Part shown: positions 13,309 through 26,299 of the stretch, piece after piece
Position numbering within the stretch: the stretch's first letter is position 1
How the letters are laid out: each line of letters opens with the position of its first letter
DNA from: Novakomyces olei
Lineage: Eukaryota
Length of the DNA stretch: 64,000 nucleotides
Reading direction: 5' to 3'
NCBI GenBank assembly: GCA_016906335.1
Contig: JADEYG010000001.1
Location: forward strand, 496,001-560,000
Translations under genes and position numbers: made by a program
The notes under the pieces: generated by a model
Told to the model about the DNA's origin: nothing
The model's input: only the letters and a program-made list of their open reading frames with translations
The model's database searches: none

Positions 13309-13580
13309 TTGTGGTATTTATTGTATGAATTAGAGACAATGTATGACGTACAGACAGACTATATGTTTAAAAGTAATTTTGAAGAATTAACAAAAGACTT
13401 TAATATGATAAGAATCGTAGAAATAAAATGTAGAAAAATATCACAAAAACATATAAGTACAATTCCTATGAGATAAATTAAAAGCTGTTCTAATGGCGAA
13501 AATTAAATATTTACTCTAATTTAAGGATCGAGTTTTTATATTTACTCTACGCTCACACTTGACGACTAAATCAAGGGCAG

Positions 13581-14540
13581 ATGCTACGAAGGTCTTTTCA
13601 TTGTCTCAGACCTTGCGCATGCACAAATCCAGTGCGACCCAGAGTTTCTTTAAGGCTATATGAAAATCGTCGCTATTTTCGTCAATCGATTTTGGTGTTT
13701 GCACGAGCTCAAAATGGAGATATTGAGGCCGATGACATTAGAGTTATTGGAATAGACGGCACGGCACTTGAAGGAGTCTACAAAACATCACATATATTAA
13801 GGAATTTGAATCAAGAATCAGAAGTATTGGTATGCGTGAATAATAAAGTAAGTCCGCCCATTTGCCGTGTTTTCAGCAAAGAAGCGATCAAGGATAATCA
13901 ACACGCACAATCTCTGCCAAAGAAATTGGAGGCCAAAGACAGTGCCGCAAAGGCTCGAGAGAACCTTAAAAATAATGAAACTAAAGTTTACGTATTTACT
14001 TGGCTTATCGGCAAACACGATCTTGAGCATCGAATGAATAGGGCAATCGAGAACTTAAAAGAAGGCTATCTCGTCGAACTGCACGTGGGCAATGCCAAGC
14101 AAGCAAAACGCAAAGCTGACTTGGAAGAAAAGCAGTTGATGTTAAACACTATTCGTGAAGTTCTAGACCCAATAGCCACGGAATGGTCAGAGATGCGTGT
14201 GAAGGCTGGCTTGGCGCGACTTTATTGGAAAGTTCGACCACAAGTATTGCAATCGAAGGCAGAAGAGACCAAATCAGAAGCGTCGCACTCGAGTAATTCT
14301 GAAGAACGTGCACGCTATGCTCTACAGGACCCCTCGTCGGCAGAAATGCAGAATTTGTCAAAGAAAGAGCGTAAAAGGCTGGAGAAACAGGCAAAATATT
14401 TACAAAATCAAGAAGCTTTCAAGGACAAAAAGGCAAAATTCGAGGAACGTGCAGCACAGCGAGATGATGAAGGGAAAATAGCTGCAGAAATAAGGCAGAA
14501 GCTTGATGCTCGCAACCTTTTTGCTCGATCGTCGCGCTAA
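13581..14540 (+). CDS. Mitochondrial translation initiation factor IF3-like (Aim23-like)
   Basis: Presequence MLRRSF; IF3-like segments IRVIGIDG, PPICRVF, W-I-KHDLEHR..LKEG; intronless, 319 aa. Confidence 0.75.
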   Translation: MLRRSFHCLRPCACTNPVRPRVSLRLYENRRYFRQSILVFARAQNGDIEADDIRVIGIDGTALEGVYKTSHILRNLNQESEVLVCVNNKVSPPICRVFSKEAIKDNQHAQSLPKKLEAKDSAAKARENLKNNETKVYVFTWLIGKHDLEHRMNRAIENLKEGYLVELHVGNAKQAKRKADLEEKQLMLNTIREVLDPIATEWSEMRVKAGLARLYWKVRPQVLQSKAEETKSEASHSSNSEERARYALQDPSSAEMQNLSKKERKRLEKQAKYLQNQEAFKDKKAKFEERAAQRDDEGKIAAEIRQKLDARNLFARSSR

Positions 14541-14756
14541 GGGTTAGATTTGTAGGCTGGTCGTTTGTACATATAGGAAATAATACCATTAAAAGCTCAA
14601 TCGTATGAATAAAAATGTTCAATCATAATAACAGTGACCTATCATCCATAACTTTATCGCTACGATGCGTAAATTCAAGTAATTTAATAAAAAGTGCGTC
14701 TTGAGCGCACGTAACGTTACTTGACGAGATCGATTCATACTGTAAATAATGAATGA

Positions 14757-14773
14757 ACGCGTGCTCAACGCGT
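14757..14773. promoter_or_regulatory. Tandem MCB boxes (ACGCGT x2) upstream of the Rad4/Dpb11-like gene
   Basis: ACGCGT at 14757-14762 and 14768-14773, about 135 bp before the ATG of a replication/checkpoint gene. Confidence 0.65.
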
Positions 14774-14905
14774 TAGAAGCCTTTGATTTTTAGGGTTAAA
14801 ATGCAAAAGAATAGATATTTCGTGAAGGATTGAGCAGCGATCACGAGAGAAAAGGAACGGAAAGGAGGTGCGATGCCTTTTTAATGTTCAGTTGTGCGCG
14901 TCAGT

Positions 14906-17900
14906 ATGCAGGCGGCTGGGAACCATAATTCCTTAGACGAAGATGCGGCTCTGCTGCCTCTTCGTGGTGTTTACCTGTGCTGCACTGGTCTCGAGACGGA
15001 AACACAGGTAAGAAGACAAGGCAAAATGATATTAAGGGTGATTGATAAAAGATCAAATTGGCAAACAAACGTTTTCAGAGAGAGAGTAAAATGATATTCT
15101 AACGTTAAAGGCTTCCATCGTCGAAAAGGCAACGAAAATGGGCGCTATACATTTGGCAAATCTAATGACGAATGCAACTCATTTGGTTTGTGCTAGAACA
15201 GATTCACCCAAATATCTGGTAGGTTCAAAGGACGACTCCTCATATATTTATTTTTTCTTTTGGCAAGGCAAAATATGATTGCCTCTTTGACTGTAATTGC
15301 TAATCGCTTACAAGTTTTCTGCCAAAAACCGGTGTGATATCAAATTCATGACAGTGCACTGGGTTCCACAGCTTTACGAGTCGTGGCTAGCTGGCGACGA
15401 TATAGATACTTTCAAGGTAAGTAAAGTTAGAGAAAGACCTTTTTAAAGACGAGAAATTGGAAAAAACAGAGAAACAACCCGGAGCAAGAATAATTGGTGA
15501 ATAAAAATAAGAAAAATAAAACTAAGAAAAATTAAAAAATAAAATGACCAAGAACAACAAATTGACAGTCTCATTTTTTTTTCAGAATCTTGCAAGGCAA
15601 AACAAAGCACGTTACTAATTCTTCTTTCTCCAGTTTGAAGAGAGTAATCGACTGCCTAGCTTATACATGGCTAATATTTGCGTTACAAACTTATCTCGAG
15701 CAGAGCGCGACGAAATCGGAGCCAAAGCACGAGAGAACGGTGCAGTCTTTGATACTGTACTGTCCTGTGATACAACACATTTATTGACGAGGGAAAAAAC
15801 TGGCAAAAAAGTAGAATTTGCTATTATTCACAAGATTCCCATAGTACATCCGCGCTGGATTGATGAATCAATTTTTCGGCGGGCTCTGCTTGACCCCGCA
15901 TGTTTTGATCCGGATTTGCCTCTGGACAAGCTGGGGGTTGAAGCTTACAATCAGGACCAATTGCTACGCTGTCGTTCTAGTGCTACACGTAACATTTTAC
16001 GGAATAAAACAGCAGCTCATCAATTGCCAGTGATTGAGGATTCTATTGTTGTTGCAAAACGAAGACGCATTGACTCACGGACGGGTACAGATCACGCACC
16101 GACTAGAGCTCTAGACCAAGTTCTGAGTCAGCAATCATTTGGAGCTCGGCCAAATGCTTTCACGAGCCCCGTTGTTGATTTGCAATTAGACGATGATGAT
16201 GGGGAAAGCAATAGCGATAATTACGGAGCAAATAGAAATACCGAAGGAAATAGCGACAATCAAGTGGAAACTAATGGCAATAATGTGGGAAATTATAATG
16301 ATAATATTAGTATTTCCGAGGGCAGCTATGAAAATGATAACGATGGCACAACACGCTCCTCTGGGGACGCTATTTTTAAGGGCAAACTCTTTGCAATTCA
16401 CGGATTCACAGACCGTAAACGGCAGCTTATGGAGGCGTATATTCAAAAGAAAAAAGGTAAAATTGTAGATAGCGCATCAGCGACAAAAGGGCGACTTGTA
16501 TACACTGTAGTGTCGCACGAAACGCGTACGAACGACTTTCCGAAATGGCAAAATGCAATTTGTGTGACAGACTGGTGGCTGGAGCGTTGCTTACAGTTTA
16601 ACAAGTGGCAAGATCCAGCTGACCATGTTTTCAGTACTCCTTTTCTGCCCTCCGGCCCGATTCCTGGTTTGGAAAAGTTTGGCATTACGTGCACGGGCCT
16701 CTCTGCGCTAGAGCATCTGCACCTTTCAAGAGCAATAAAACTGTTGGGAGCAAATTATTACGATACTCTTAAACGAGGACGGTCCGTGCTCGTTGCTGGA
16801 GAGAACAAGAAATCTCCACTAAGGCAGACAAAGATTGACAGAGCGATCGCTTGGAGAACAAGAGTCTGTTCCGTACAATGGATCTATGAGATTGTTCGGC
16901 ACGGCAGGCTTGTTCACCTGGCGCCTTTTGCCATTGATGGAAAAAACAAGCAAGGTGTTGTAATTGATGCAGAGCAAGGAACAGTAAAAAGGCAGGCAAG
17001 AGAAGATGCTAACCAGCCTTTCCACAAACAATCTTTACCGATAGAAAAAGAAGTATTGCCTCTGCCTCGCTGTCGAGTAGCAACAGCCGGCTCTGAAGCC
17101 GAGAGCGACGGACGCAATTTCTACGAGATTGCCAATTCTGAAACTAGCAGTCAGACCACTACTTTTGCATCAGATTGCCGCCCAAAAGCGTATGCGCAGC
17201 GCGATCGGGATATGGATTATTTGTCTGGCTGTAGGATTGCTTTACAGCCCATCTCTGTAGATGTCAATAATGCTCTGTATCGGAAACGGCTGCAATGTCA
17301 CCATATTGTACAGAATCACGGTGGGCAATTAGTGGAAGCTGGAAGCAAAAGCAAGACTCATTTGGTCGTTTTTGATGAAGAACACGAAAAGAAAAGAGAT
17401 GGACATGGACATGGACATGGACATGAGCCTGGCAATGGGCATGGAGACAGATGTTTTATCGGAAAAGTCATGTTTGAGTGGCTGCTGCAATGCTCAATGT
17501 TGGGCATACGTGTTGCAGAGAAAGAATTCCTTTGCCACGGGCAAGGATTAAACCCCGGGACGACGCATACAAAGCTTGGAAAAGTTGTCAAAACAAGGCC
17601 CACTGCTGCTAAAGATAATACTTCAAAGAAGGATGAAATGGAGACGGCAATGGCAATCTCTCTGCTGCATGATCAAAAGAGGTTACAAGAGTCCTGTGCA
17701 ACAAGGCAGGGTTCAAGGCGGCTTGTAGGCAGAGCCAATAGTTCTACACCAGGGCCGGATTTGCCGCTGCGTCTAGCGGCAATGCCCAATGCTGGTGAAA
17801 ATTTGGATAATTTTAATCAGACTCCGCCGGATACGTCGCAAGTGATTTACGTTAATCCAGAGGCTGATCGCGCAAAGAAATTGCTCATGGAAAAAGTCGT

Positions 17901-17928
17901 CCGGCGAGCGCATACAACGGCATTGTAA
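14906..17928 (+). CDS. rad4: Multi-BRCT replication/checkpoint scaffold (Rad4/Cut5, Dpb11, TopBP1 family)
   Basis: BRCT repeats: LRGVYLCCTG..THLVC..PKY, ICVTNL..TTHLL..IVHPRWI, FKGKLFAIHGF..VTDWWLERC, GITCTG..VQWI. Three introns in the 5' part. Confidence 0.85.
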
Positions 17929-18178
17929 TAATAATAATAATAATAGTAATAGTAATAGTAATAGTAATAATTATAATGATAATAATCAATTAATCGCTAC
18001 ACTGATAGACGACAGTTGTAACTGTACGAGTGATTCGACATTTTCGGCGAGCGAATCGTGTATGCACACAACCAAAGCACTCAAACCAGGCGTGTATGAT
18101 GAAGCTACTCAGGCTTTTTCCAATTTATCACAAATAATTGATTGGCCAGGTATGCGTACAAGGTGGCAAGTAGACGCA

Positions 18179-18880
18179 CTAAATCATATCAAGCAGCTCT
18201 AATCCGGTGGCCATTGCTATTAGACGGCCGTCTACCTTGTACCCTTCCTGATCCAGTCGGGCCAGCTCGCTGTATAGGTTCCGAACAGGCAGCTTGAAAA
18301 CTTCAAGCTGCTCGCCCTCGTCGAGGTGCTGTTGCGGGTTCTGGTTCTCTCGTAGAGTTGCGTCGATAGAGACAAATACCATCTTCATATTGGTGTTGGT
18401 AAACCCTGGGTCGTTGTGCATTAGCGGCGTCTCTTTAAACGCTTTCCCCCGGTACCCTGTCTCCTCATAGAGCTCACGCTCAGCGGTGGCAAAAGTGCCC
18501 TCTTCCGGATCAACCAGTCCCGCTGGCGCCTCAATACACAGACCATCCAGCGGCGGCCGGTACTGCTTTTCCAGCAGGATTTCCGTTATTCCGGTCTCGG
18601 GGTTCTTGAGGAGTGCAATAATTGCCACCGCATCAATACCGGCTTCGCTGCGAGTCGTCCTTTCCGCGGACTCCCATACACGCCTCCGCCCCGTATGATC
18701 AACCCAGTTTATCTTTTGTAATCGCGTCCATTTCGCCTCTTTGTTGTCCAATGGCTCTTTTGACAGTACGCGAGACCCGTCCGATGGACGCTGCGCCATT
18801 GCTAAGCGCCGCGATATATTTACTCGATGAACCGTTTGCAATTTGGGACGGGGAGTGTGTCTAATTGCCCTCGTCAGCAT
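18179..18880 (-). CDS. YSA1: ADP-ribose pyrophosphatase (Nudix)
   Basis: Nudix box PAGLVDPEE..TAERELYEETGY; WESAERTTR, QYRPP, DPGFTN. Confidence 0.9.
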   Translation of the reverse strand: MLTRAIRHTPRPKLQTVHRVNISRRLAMAQRPSDGSRVLSKEPLDNKEAKWTRLQKINWVDHTGRRRVWESAERTTRSEAGIDAVAIIALLKNPETGITEILLEKQYRPPLDGLCIEAPAGLVDPEEGTFATAERELYEETGYRGKAFKETPLMHNDPGFTNTNMKMVFVSIDATLRENQNPQQHLDEGEQLEVFKLPVRNLYSELARLDQEGYKVDGRLIAMATGLELLDMI

Positions 18881-18952
18881 AGTACGTATGTGATGATGTA
18901 ATAGCGCCCGGGTAATAGCGCGTATCGCACTCGATATAATTTATTTTAATAT

Positions 18953-19032
18953 ATTGTTACTATATTACTATATTACTATATTACTATATTGCTATATTGC
19001 TATATTACGATATTACTATATTCTACTATATT
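18953..19032. repeat. Imperfect 8-bp AT-rich tandem repeat (TATTACTA)n in the YSA1/NUM1 divergent intergenic region
   Basis: Directly visible tandem units. Confidence 0.8.
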
Positions 19033-19392
19033 GTCACTGGTACTATGGAATTGTCTGGCAGATAAATGACTTGTCGCTCTTTGTGCACAGTTACAGGCAA
19101 TAATAGAGTCGGTCGCGCTTGAGACATTTGGTTAGGCAGGTGAAACAGGCCATTTTTAACAAGTAACACTAATGCATACAAGAATTCGTATAAGAATTCC
19201 TGACGCTCAGATTACTGGTATTAGATTACTGGTAGAAATAGACTTCTGCGTTGCTATAGCAACGCGACCTGCTCGATGTGTGTGTACCCCATAAATAAAA
19301 AGGACACGACACAAACAAGATCAAGACAGCTCAGTTGAGGAGCGACTCCAAGTCCCGTTGCTCGATCAAAAGCGGTCGTGGTTATTGGGCCA

Positions 19393-22300
19393 ATGGCGCC
19401 ACAAGATCGCTCGCGCCTCGAGCAGTTGCTCAAGCATACAACAGAGCAACTTAACGAGACTGGTTTGCTCGGTCAGTCTTTGCTTTTGCGCCAAAAGGCT
19501 CTTGAACAAGAATTGAGGCAAGATCCTGAAAATGTGGGCCACGATGAGCCAGTAACGCCGCCAGAAAAAGACGCTGAGCCGGCTTTCATCGCTGATGATG
19601 ATATTTTGGAAAAGCTGCGTAAGCTGAAAGACGAAGTGGGACAGGCTACACTGGACTCTTCTATGCTACCGCTTCCTTCACGGGTATGAAAACGAGAAAC
19701 ATTGACAATTAAAAGAATAAAAAAAGAATAAAAATAATTGAAAAAAAAAAATCAATATTTTTATCGTCGTCTAGATTGCCGTCTAATCACATTTTACCTC
19801 GACTAACCTCAAACTCGTCTGAAGGCTGAACTGCCTGTTCCAGGTACACCGAGCCGGTCAACACTCTCCGCAAGCGGACTAGTATCTCCGAGCAAAAATG
19901 CGTACATGTCGCGTAAAGCGCGTAACGGCAATGGAAACTCAGCGGGAAAGCTGGAAACTAACAATATTCATGCCTTTGCTTCTGAAATTGGAGAATCTTT
20001 GCTCAGCGAAGTACGGAAACTGCAAGCAGCCCTTTCGGACAAAGACGAATCATTCCGTGAATCACAGAAACGGAGGGCCAAAGCTGAAAGAGCTCAAGAA
20101 ACAGCGGAGAAAAAATTTAAATCTGTCCAGGAAACGGCAGAGCAATTAAAAGACGATAATTGGAACTTGGAGGTGGCACGGCAAGAGTTATCAGCACAAC
20201 TAGCAGCGGCAAGTCAGCAAAGCGATAAGCTAATGGCAGAGAAGAGGAAAGTAGAGCTCGACTTGGCCGGCAAGGCCGAGGCCTTTGACACACTGACCGT
20301 GAGGCACAAGCAGACGGAGCAGTATTGCCAAGAATTGACCGCCAAGCACGAGCTAGAGACGGCCACCCTAAGACGGACTCGGCACGATCTAGAGCAGAGT
20401 GTAATTTCCCTGCAAAAGCAAAACTCTGCTCTGCAAGACCAGCTGCAATCAGCCAACAGGGATCTGGCAAAAGCGCTCAAAGTATTGAGCGAGGGCAGAT
20501 TCGAGACAGACAATGAGACAGACAGCAGAGTGGAGGATGCACTAACGCTTTACAATAGCACAGACGCAAACGACCAGACCTCTTCGCCGTCTAAACTTGC
20601 GAGTGGTAATGGCTGGCTCGAGTCAGAGACGATGGGGTCCACGTTAGCACATGCGCATCGCCTACTTGCCCAGGCAAGAGCCAATGCAGCGAGAGAAAAG
20701 CAAGAGAAGCTGGAAATGAAGCGTCAGCTGTCAAGGCTGACTCTGCAGATGGAGAAGCTAAAGACGGCCGGCGGCGGCCGCCATACCTCTGGCGGCAAAG
20801 GCTCTAGCCAGTCCGGCCGGAGCAGTGGGCGCAATAGGCCAAACGGTAAAAGGACTGGAGGCAGCACAGTGATCCTCGGCAACGAGCAGGACGACTATAC
20901 TGGAAACTGGGAGGAAGTTGATGGCGCTAGTGCGGAAAGACCAATGGCGGACGGCGATGGCCAAGATACATACGATACAAAGGCGCAGGCAACAGCAGCG
21001 GCCACGCTTACTACTGACGAGTCTGATACAGCGTTTGAAACTGCCTGTGAGGAAGTTGGACAGAGCACGGCTGAGACAGAGACAGAGACAGAGCAAGAGA
21101 CAGAGCAAGAGATGGTTACGTGTGAAAGTGAAATAGAGCCAATAGCTTTAAATAAAGAAGCACTCTCCTCTGACGAAGGCGAGGCAACAGAGACAGAGCA
21201 GCAAGGCAGAGCGAGTCCAAGTGCAGCTGCTGCCAGAGCAGCAAGGAGCTCTACAGGCGGCAGTACAGCCCACTCTGCCGACTCGTCCAGGGTTTTCAAG
21301 TCAGCGGGAGCCTTTAATTCTTGTGCCGTTTCCTGTACGAGTATCAGGCCAAGGCACAACCAGCCAGCCAGCCACAGGTTTTCCCAGTCGAGCCAGTCGA
21401 GCCTGGACCCGGCCTTTGTGGGCGACAGTGACGGCAATTATTTGGACGGCAATTATTTGGACGGTAATAGTACCGACACTAGCACAGAGTCAACCAGTCT
21501 AGCACCAGCACAAAAACCCAGACGAAAACGTACAGGGCAGACGGGTCTACTCGTCCAGTCTGGCGTGGAGGACACACCCGGACGGGCGTACACGCACGGC
21601 CCTCTCACGCAGATAATCGCGTCTAAACTAAACAGCCATCGGCACTCGATCGTAAAGACTCCTGTGCCCTTGAACAGGGAAGGCTGGTTCTCCCTACGGA
21701 CGAGCGACCGGCGTTTAGCGTCAGAGAGCCGGCTCAGTGGGTTGTCAGTGGCACAAAATAAAAGCAGTGCTGTAGATCAGGAAGCCAATACCTTTTCTGC
21801 TATTTTACACTTGGAGATTTGTGCCCCCCAGTCTACTGCCCAGTCTACTGCCCAGTCTACTGCCCAGTCTACTGGGGGAAGCAATAGTGAAGGGGAGGCA
21901 GGGCATTTGGCTGCCCGTGCTATTGAGCAGTACTTGAATGAAGAAAAGGTCAGCACGATCGGTCCCAGCCGTGTCTGTGAGTATTTGAATAGCGAGGCGC
22001 TTACTGGCTCAAGCGGTCAAGGCAAAGGGAGTCAAAGCATTGGAGATGACACGAGTAAAAGCGAGGAGGAGTCTGGTAAAGATCCGGGCTATAAGAGCAG
22101 AGAAAAGCGCAAAGATCAGGGCAGAGCAGACCAGTTTCTGCTCTTGGATGCAGCTGCTAATCACAGACAAGACAGTCTAGACCAAAGATTGGGAGGCAAT
22201 AATCAGTCAAACCCGATTGAATCAGAGCGAGCTACGTCTATTTCTGAACAATCTCTGTCTGTTTCTCAGGGCAAAGCTGAGGCGCACGAATTTAACTCGG

Positions 22301-24390
22301 CCGGAAACTCTTGTCAAGACGGGGCGGAGCCACACGTGGAAGGAATGGACGCTTCTGCCACGGATTCTGTGGCTGTAAGCACTCGTCCGGCTCCTTTTGT
22401 AGCAGAGGGTAAAGCGACTACACTGGGAAACCTTCGATCGGCCTTCTTGTCGGGCAGTTTGAGTCTAAAGCAAGCGGAACAGGACGAGAGCGGACCTCAA
22501 AATAGATGCTCATCAGACCAGAGCAGCGTAGTAGCAAAGTCTTGGGCCTTTAACAGGGACAATACAGATGCACTGAACGCTCTTGAGCGTAATTCGTTTG
22601 CCAGCCAAGAAGGCAGCAATTCAGCAGCCGCTTATCGCGACCCGCAGCCTGAACTGCAAACTGCTGCGGGCCAGCACGGCTTTGATTTTGATTTCTGTTT
22701 TGCGAGAACCTTGAGTGGAGAAATCGATGACGTCAATACAGCAGCATTTGATCTGCACCGAGACGGAGAAGCAAGCGTACAAGCAAAGTTAAAGGACAGC
22801 GTCGAATCCGAGCACAGATCGGAGTCTGATATTGAGTCTGCTTTAGGCAATACGTCAGTGCCAAATTCAAATGCCGCTATGGCCCTTGCGCAACAGTCGA
22901 TCCTTGATTTCCCTCATACTCCACGAGCAGACGGCTACCGTGACTATAAACAGCTGAATGTTGATCTCGAAACGGCCGGTCTCATGCCTCCTCCACGTCT
23001 GCCGTCTTGTGCTTCGGGTACAGTGAGAGCAAATAATCAAAAAACTAAGAATATGGGTTCACAGAGCCGTGAGAAGGAGCAATTTCCTTCACAAAATGAC
23101 GGATTAAATGTACAGGAAATTCAAGGAAAGCAGAGCACCGGGCTGTTGAACACTACAGAGAATAAGCAGCCACAAAACAATGATTATTATTATGATAATA
23201 ATAATAATAAGAACTTTGGAGCCGAAAATCAGCCCAGTAAACCTCTTGAGAATGCACGTAAACGACAAGGCGGAGTACAAAACTTTGGCGTTCTTTCTGC
23301 GGAATCCTCACTGTCTTCCTTATCATCTTTTGCCTCGGAAATTGAACATCGGTTGAACAATGGAGTCAACCAAAATGGCTTCTTTGTCAGCCCTAAACCG
23401 TCGCCCGTAATACAGGCAATCACCCACGCAATGATTGGAGATTATATGTGGAAATATACACGCAATCGAACAAAGACAAGTATTTCGGAGCACAGGCATC
23501 GCCGGTACTTTTGGATTCAGCCGTACACGAGGCAATTGTACTGGTCAACACGTAATCCGGCACTCACCGAGGGCGAGCAAGTAACGAAATCAGCTTCAAT
23601 TGAAAATGTACGTGTTATTGCGGACACTAATCCTCAGCCGATCGGACTTCACTTCAAGAGTTTTATTATTATTACACCAAACCGAGCGATAAAATTTACC
23701 GCTCGCACACAGATGCAACACGATTTATGGTACGAAGCGCTGAGTGCCGTAGTGTCACCCAACGTTAGCAGTACTATTATGAATAATAACAGCAATCAAA
23801 ATAATAACGGTACTGCAACCGACGAAGAATTGAGAGAAGTCGATCCTCTGTATCGCCAAAACATCGGCAATGCCGCAGTAAATTCACAATCCTGTCAGAG
23901 TCCTCAGCAAGGATCAGTGAATTTACAAAGCCAAACGCATAAACAGTCTCTTTCGTCTGTGCCAAACAACCCTGGAGCCTCGCTTTCACGTATGGGCTCC
24001 TGGCTAGTGGAAAAAAGAATGGAAAAATACTCGCTAAGGGATCGTGCGCAGATTATGCGCTCAAGCGAGTCGAACCAGTGTTTGTCCTCGTCTTCGCCGG
24101 TTAAAAAGCAGATATACACAAACGAAAACCGTTCGAGTCCCAGAAAAAATCTAGTGCGTTCTGACACGTCAAAAGCTGATCGTGGAATTGAAAACGATCA
24201 GAACCAGTGCCATTCGTGCCATCATCATCACGCTGGAGAATCCTTGAGTAAGGGATCAAAGGGGCCTTTAGAAGACGTAAGATCATGTTGCAATGGAAGA
24301 CATAATGTTGCGTCGCTGGACCGGCGCGGACAGGGATCCATGCGTAACGACTGGTCTTTGTCACAAATTTCCACAAAAACTGTTCGGTGA
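19393..24390 (+). CDS. NUM1: Cortical dynein anchor Num1/Mcp5/ApsA-like
   Basis: N-terminal coiled coil (IHAFASEIGESLLSEVRKLQ, LKDDNWNLE); C-terminal Mcp5-type PH domain (QAITHAMIGDYMWKYTR..RHRRYFWI.PYTR.LYWS). Intron 19684-19824. Confidence 0.85.
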
Positions 24391-24935
24391 TGCTGGCACC
24401 GTTGATTAATATATTCTTAATAAAAAAACCTGCTTTAATAAATTTATTTTGTTCTTTTTTGTTTATCTTGATTACTCTCATCTTACGGATGCCTTTAGCG
24501 ATCTCGAGCTTTCTTTATTTTATTCAAAGTGTCAGGACGGGCAATTATGGTTTTATTCCAATTAAATATGAGATCAATTTTAAGCCCTCGCTAAGGTAAT
24601 GCTAAGAGGCGCGAATGCGGGCAAAGGTGGCAAAGTCAAATCTGGCATTTGACAGCTTCGGCTGCTGATTGATCATATATTATAATTGTATATATATAAT
24701 GAATAATGCTACTTTATATCTTGAAGCACACATAGGGAGAAAATCCAAACGAAGTAAAGGATAATATATGGAGATCGTTCACAATATTTATATTATATAT
24801 TATACGTGTTATATGAGGTTCACAAGCAAACCCTAATGCCAGAACACGATGCAGTGAGCTTTCAGGAACCGCGAATGCCGTAGCTTAACAAACACTTATT
24901 GGGTAATAAAGGGTCTGTGGCCTAATCAATTAGCA

Positions 24936-25879
24936 ATGGCTCAGTTGCCACCATTGAATCCATTGAATTTGATCTTTGGCTCAATATTTTTCGGCATTTT
25001 GGTAGGCTACAAGTCGTGATTGTCTTTCGTATTAACAATAGGCAATTGTTGTATCGTGTTTGCTCCTTATTTTATTTGCGCATCATCCGCGAGAAGCGTT
25101 GCCTCAAGAATTGGAATATATACAAGCTGATCCTTGCAATGAAAAAGCAATAATTCGATTGCCTTTTCCGAAAAAGTCAGAGTCAAAAGAAACTGTGGAA
25201 ATTTCGGTGGTGGTACCTGCGTATAATGAAGTAGATCGGATAGAAAGTATGCTCGATGATACTTTGGGATTTTTAAGGTCTTATTATGGTCCTCAAAATG
25301 GCGATTGGGAGATCATAGTCGTCAATGACGGAAGTACGGACAATACTACAAATGCCGTACTGCAATGGGCGCGTCAAAACTCTGTCCACAATCACGTCAG
25401 GGTTTGTGAATTGGAGTATAACCGAGGAAAAGGTGGCGCAGTTACTCATGTGAGTTGTGTCATGTTTTTTTTTTAGGTTTAATTTAAAGTTTTTCTTGAC
25501 CAAAGCTCGATTTTGAGAATTAACTGCTCTTTTAGCTCAATTTTATTTATTTATTTTAAGCAAATTTATGACTGTCACTTGAGCTTTATAGCTTTAAGTT
25601 AAATGCCTTTAAATAGCTTTTTTTTCTCTTGTTCCGTTTGCAGATTGCTAATAGCAGGGTGTTTTACAATCACGTGGAAAATTTGTCATATTTGCTGATG
25701 CGGACGGGGCTTCGCGATTTAGCGATACAAAGCTGTTATTAGAGCAATTATCTCGTGCGCAACGTGACGGTCTTGGAGTAGCGGTTGGTTCACGGGCGCA
25801 TATGGTAAATACAGATGCTGTGGTTAAGGTATGAATAAAAATTTCATATTTGATTAAAGATATACGATCGAAGAGAAAC

Positions 25880-25918
<39 letters not shown>

Positions 25919-26299
25919 TTTGCTTGTTTGTTCACAGTTCTGATATTGTAGCGATCTCTTCTTCGAAACGCGTTAATGCACGGTTTCCACGTATTTCTAC
26001 GCATTATGGGAATTGGCAGCATTTCAGATACGCAATGCGGCTTTAAATTGTTTACGCGTGAATCGGCTCATCAAATATTCCGTAATATGCATGTGGAAGG
26101 CTGGATTTTTGATATTGAGGTGCTCTTATTAGCCGAGATGCACGGTATGCCTATTGTAGAGGTCCCTGTTACGTGGCATGAAGTTGCAGGATCAAAAATT
26201 GCATTGGTTCAAGACAGTTTGCGAATGGCTCGTGATCTTGTTGTCATAAGGCTCAATTACGGCCTGGGAATATGGAAAGTACACAAAAAAGAGACGTGA
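24936..26299 (+). CDS. ALG5: Dolichyl-phosphate beta-glucosyltransferase
   Basis: GT2 motifs [50 protein letters not shown]-terminal TM segment; three introns. Confidence 0.95.
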
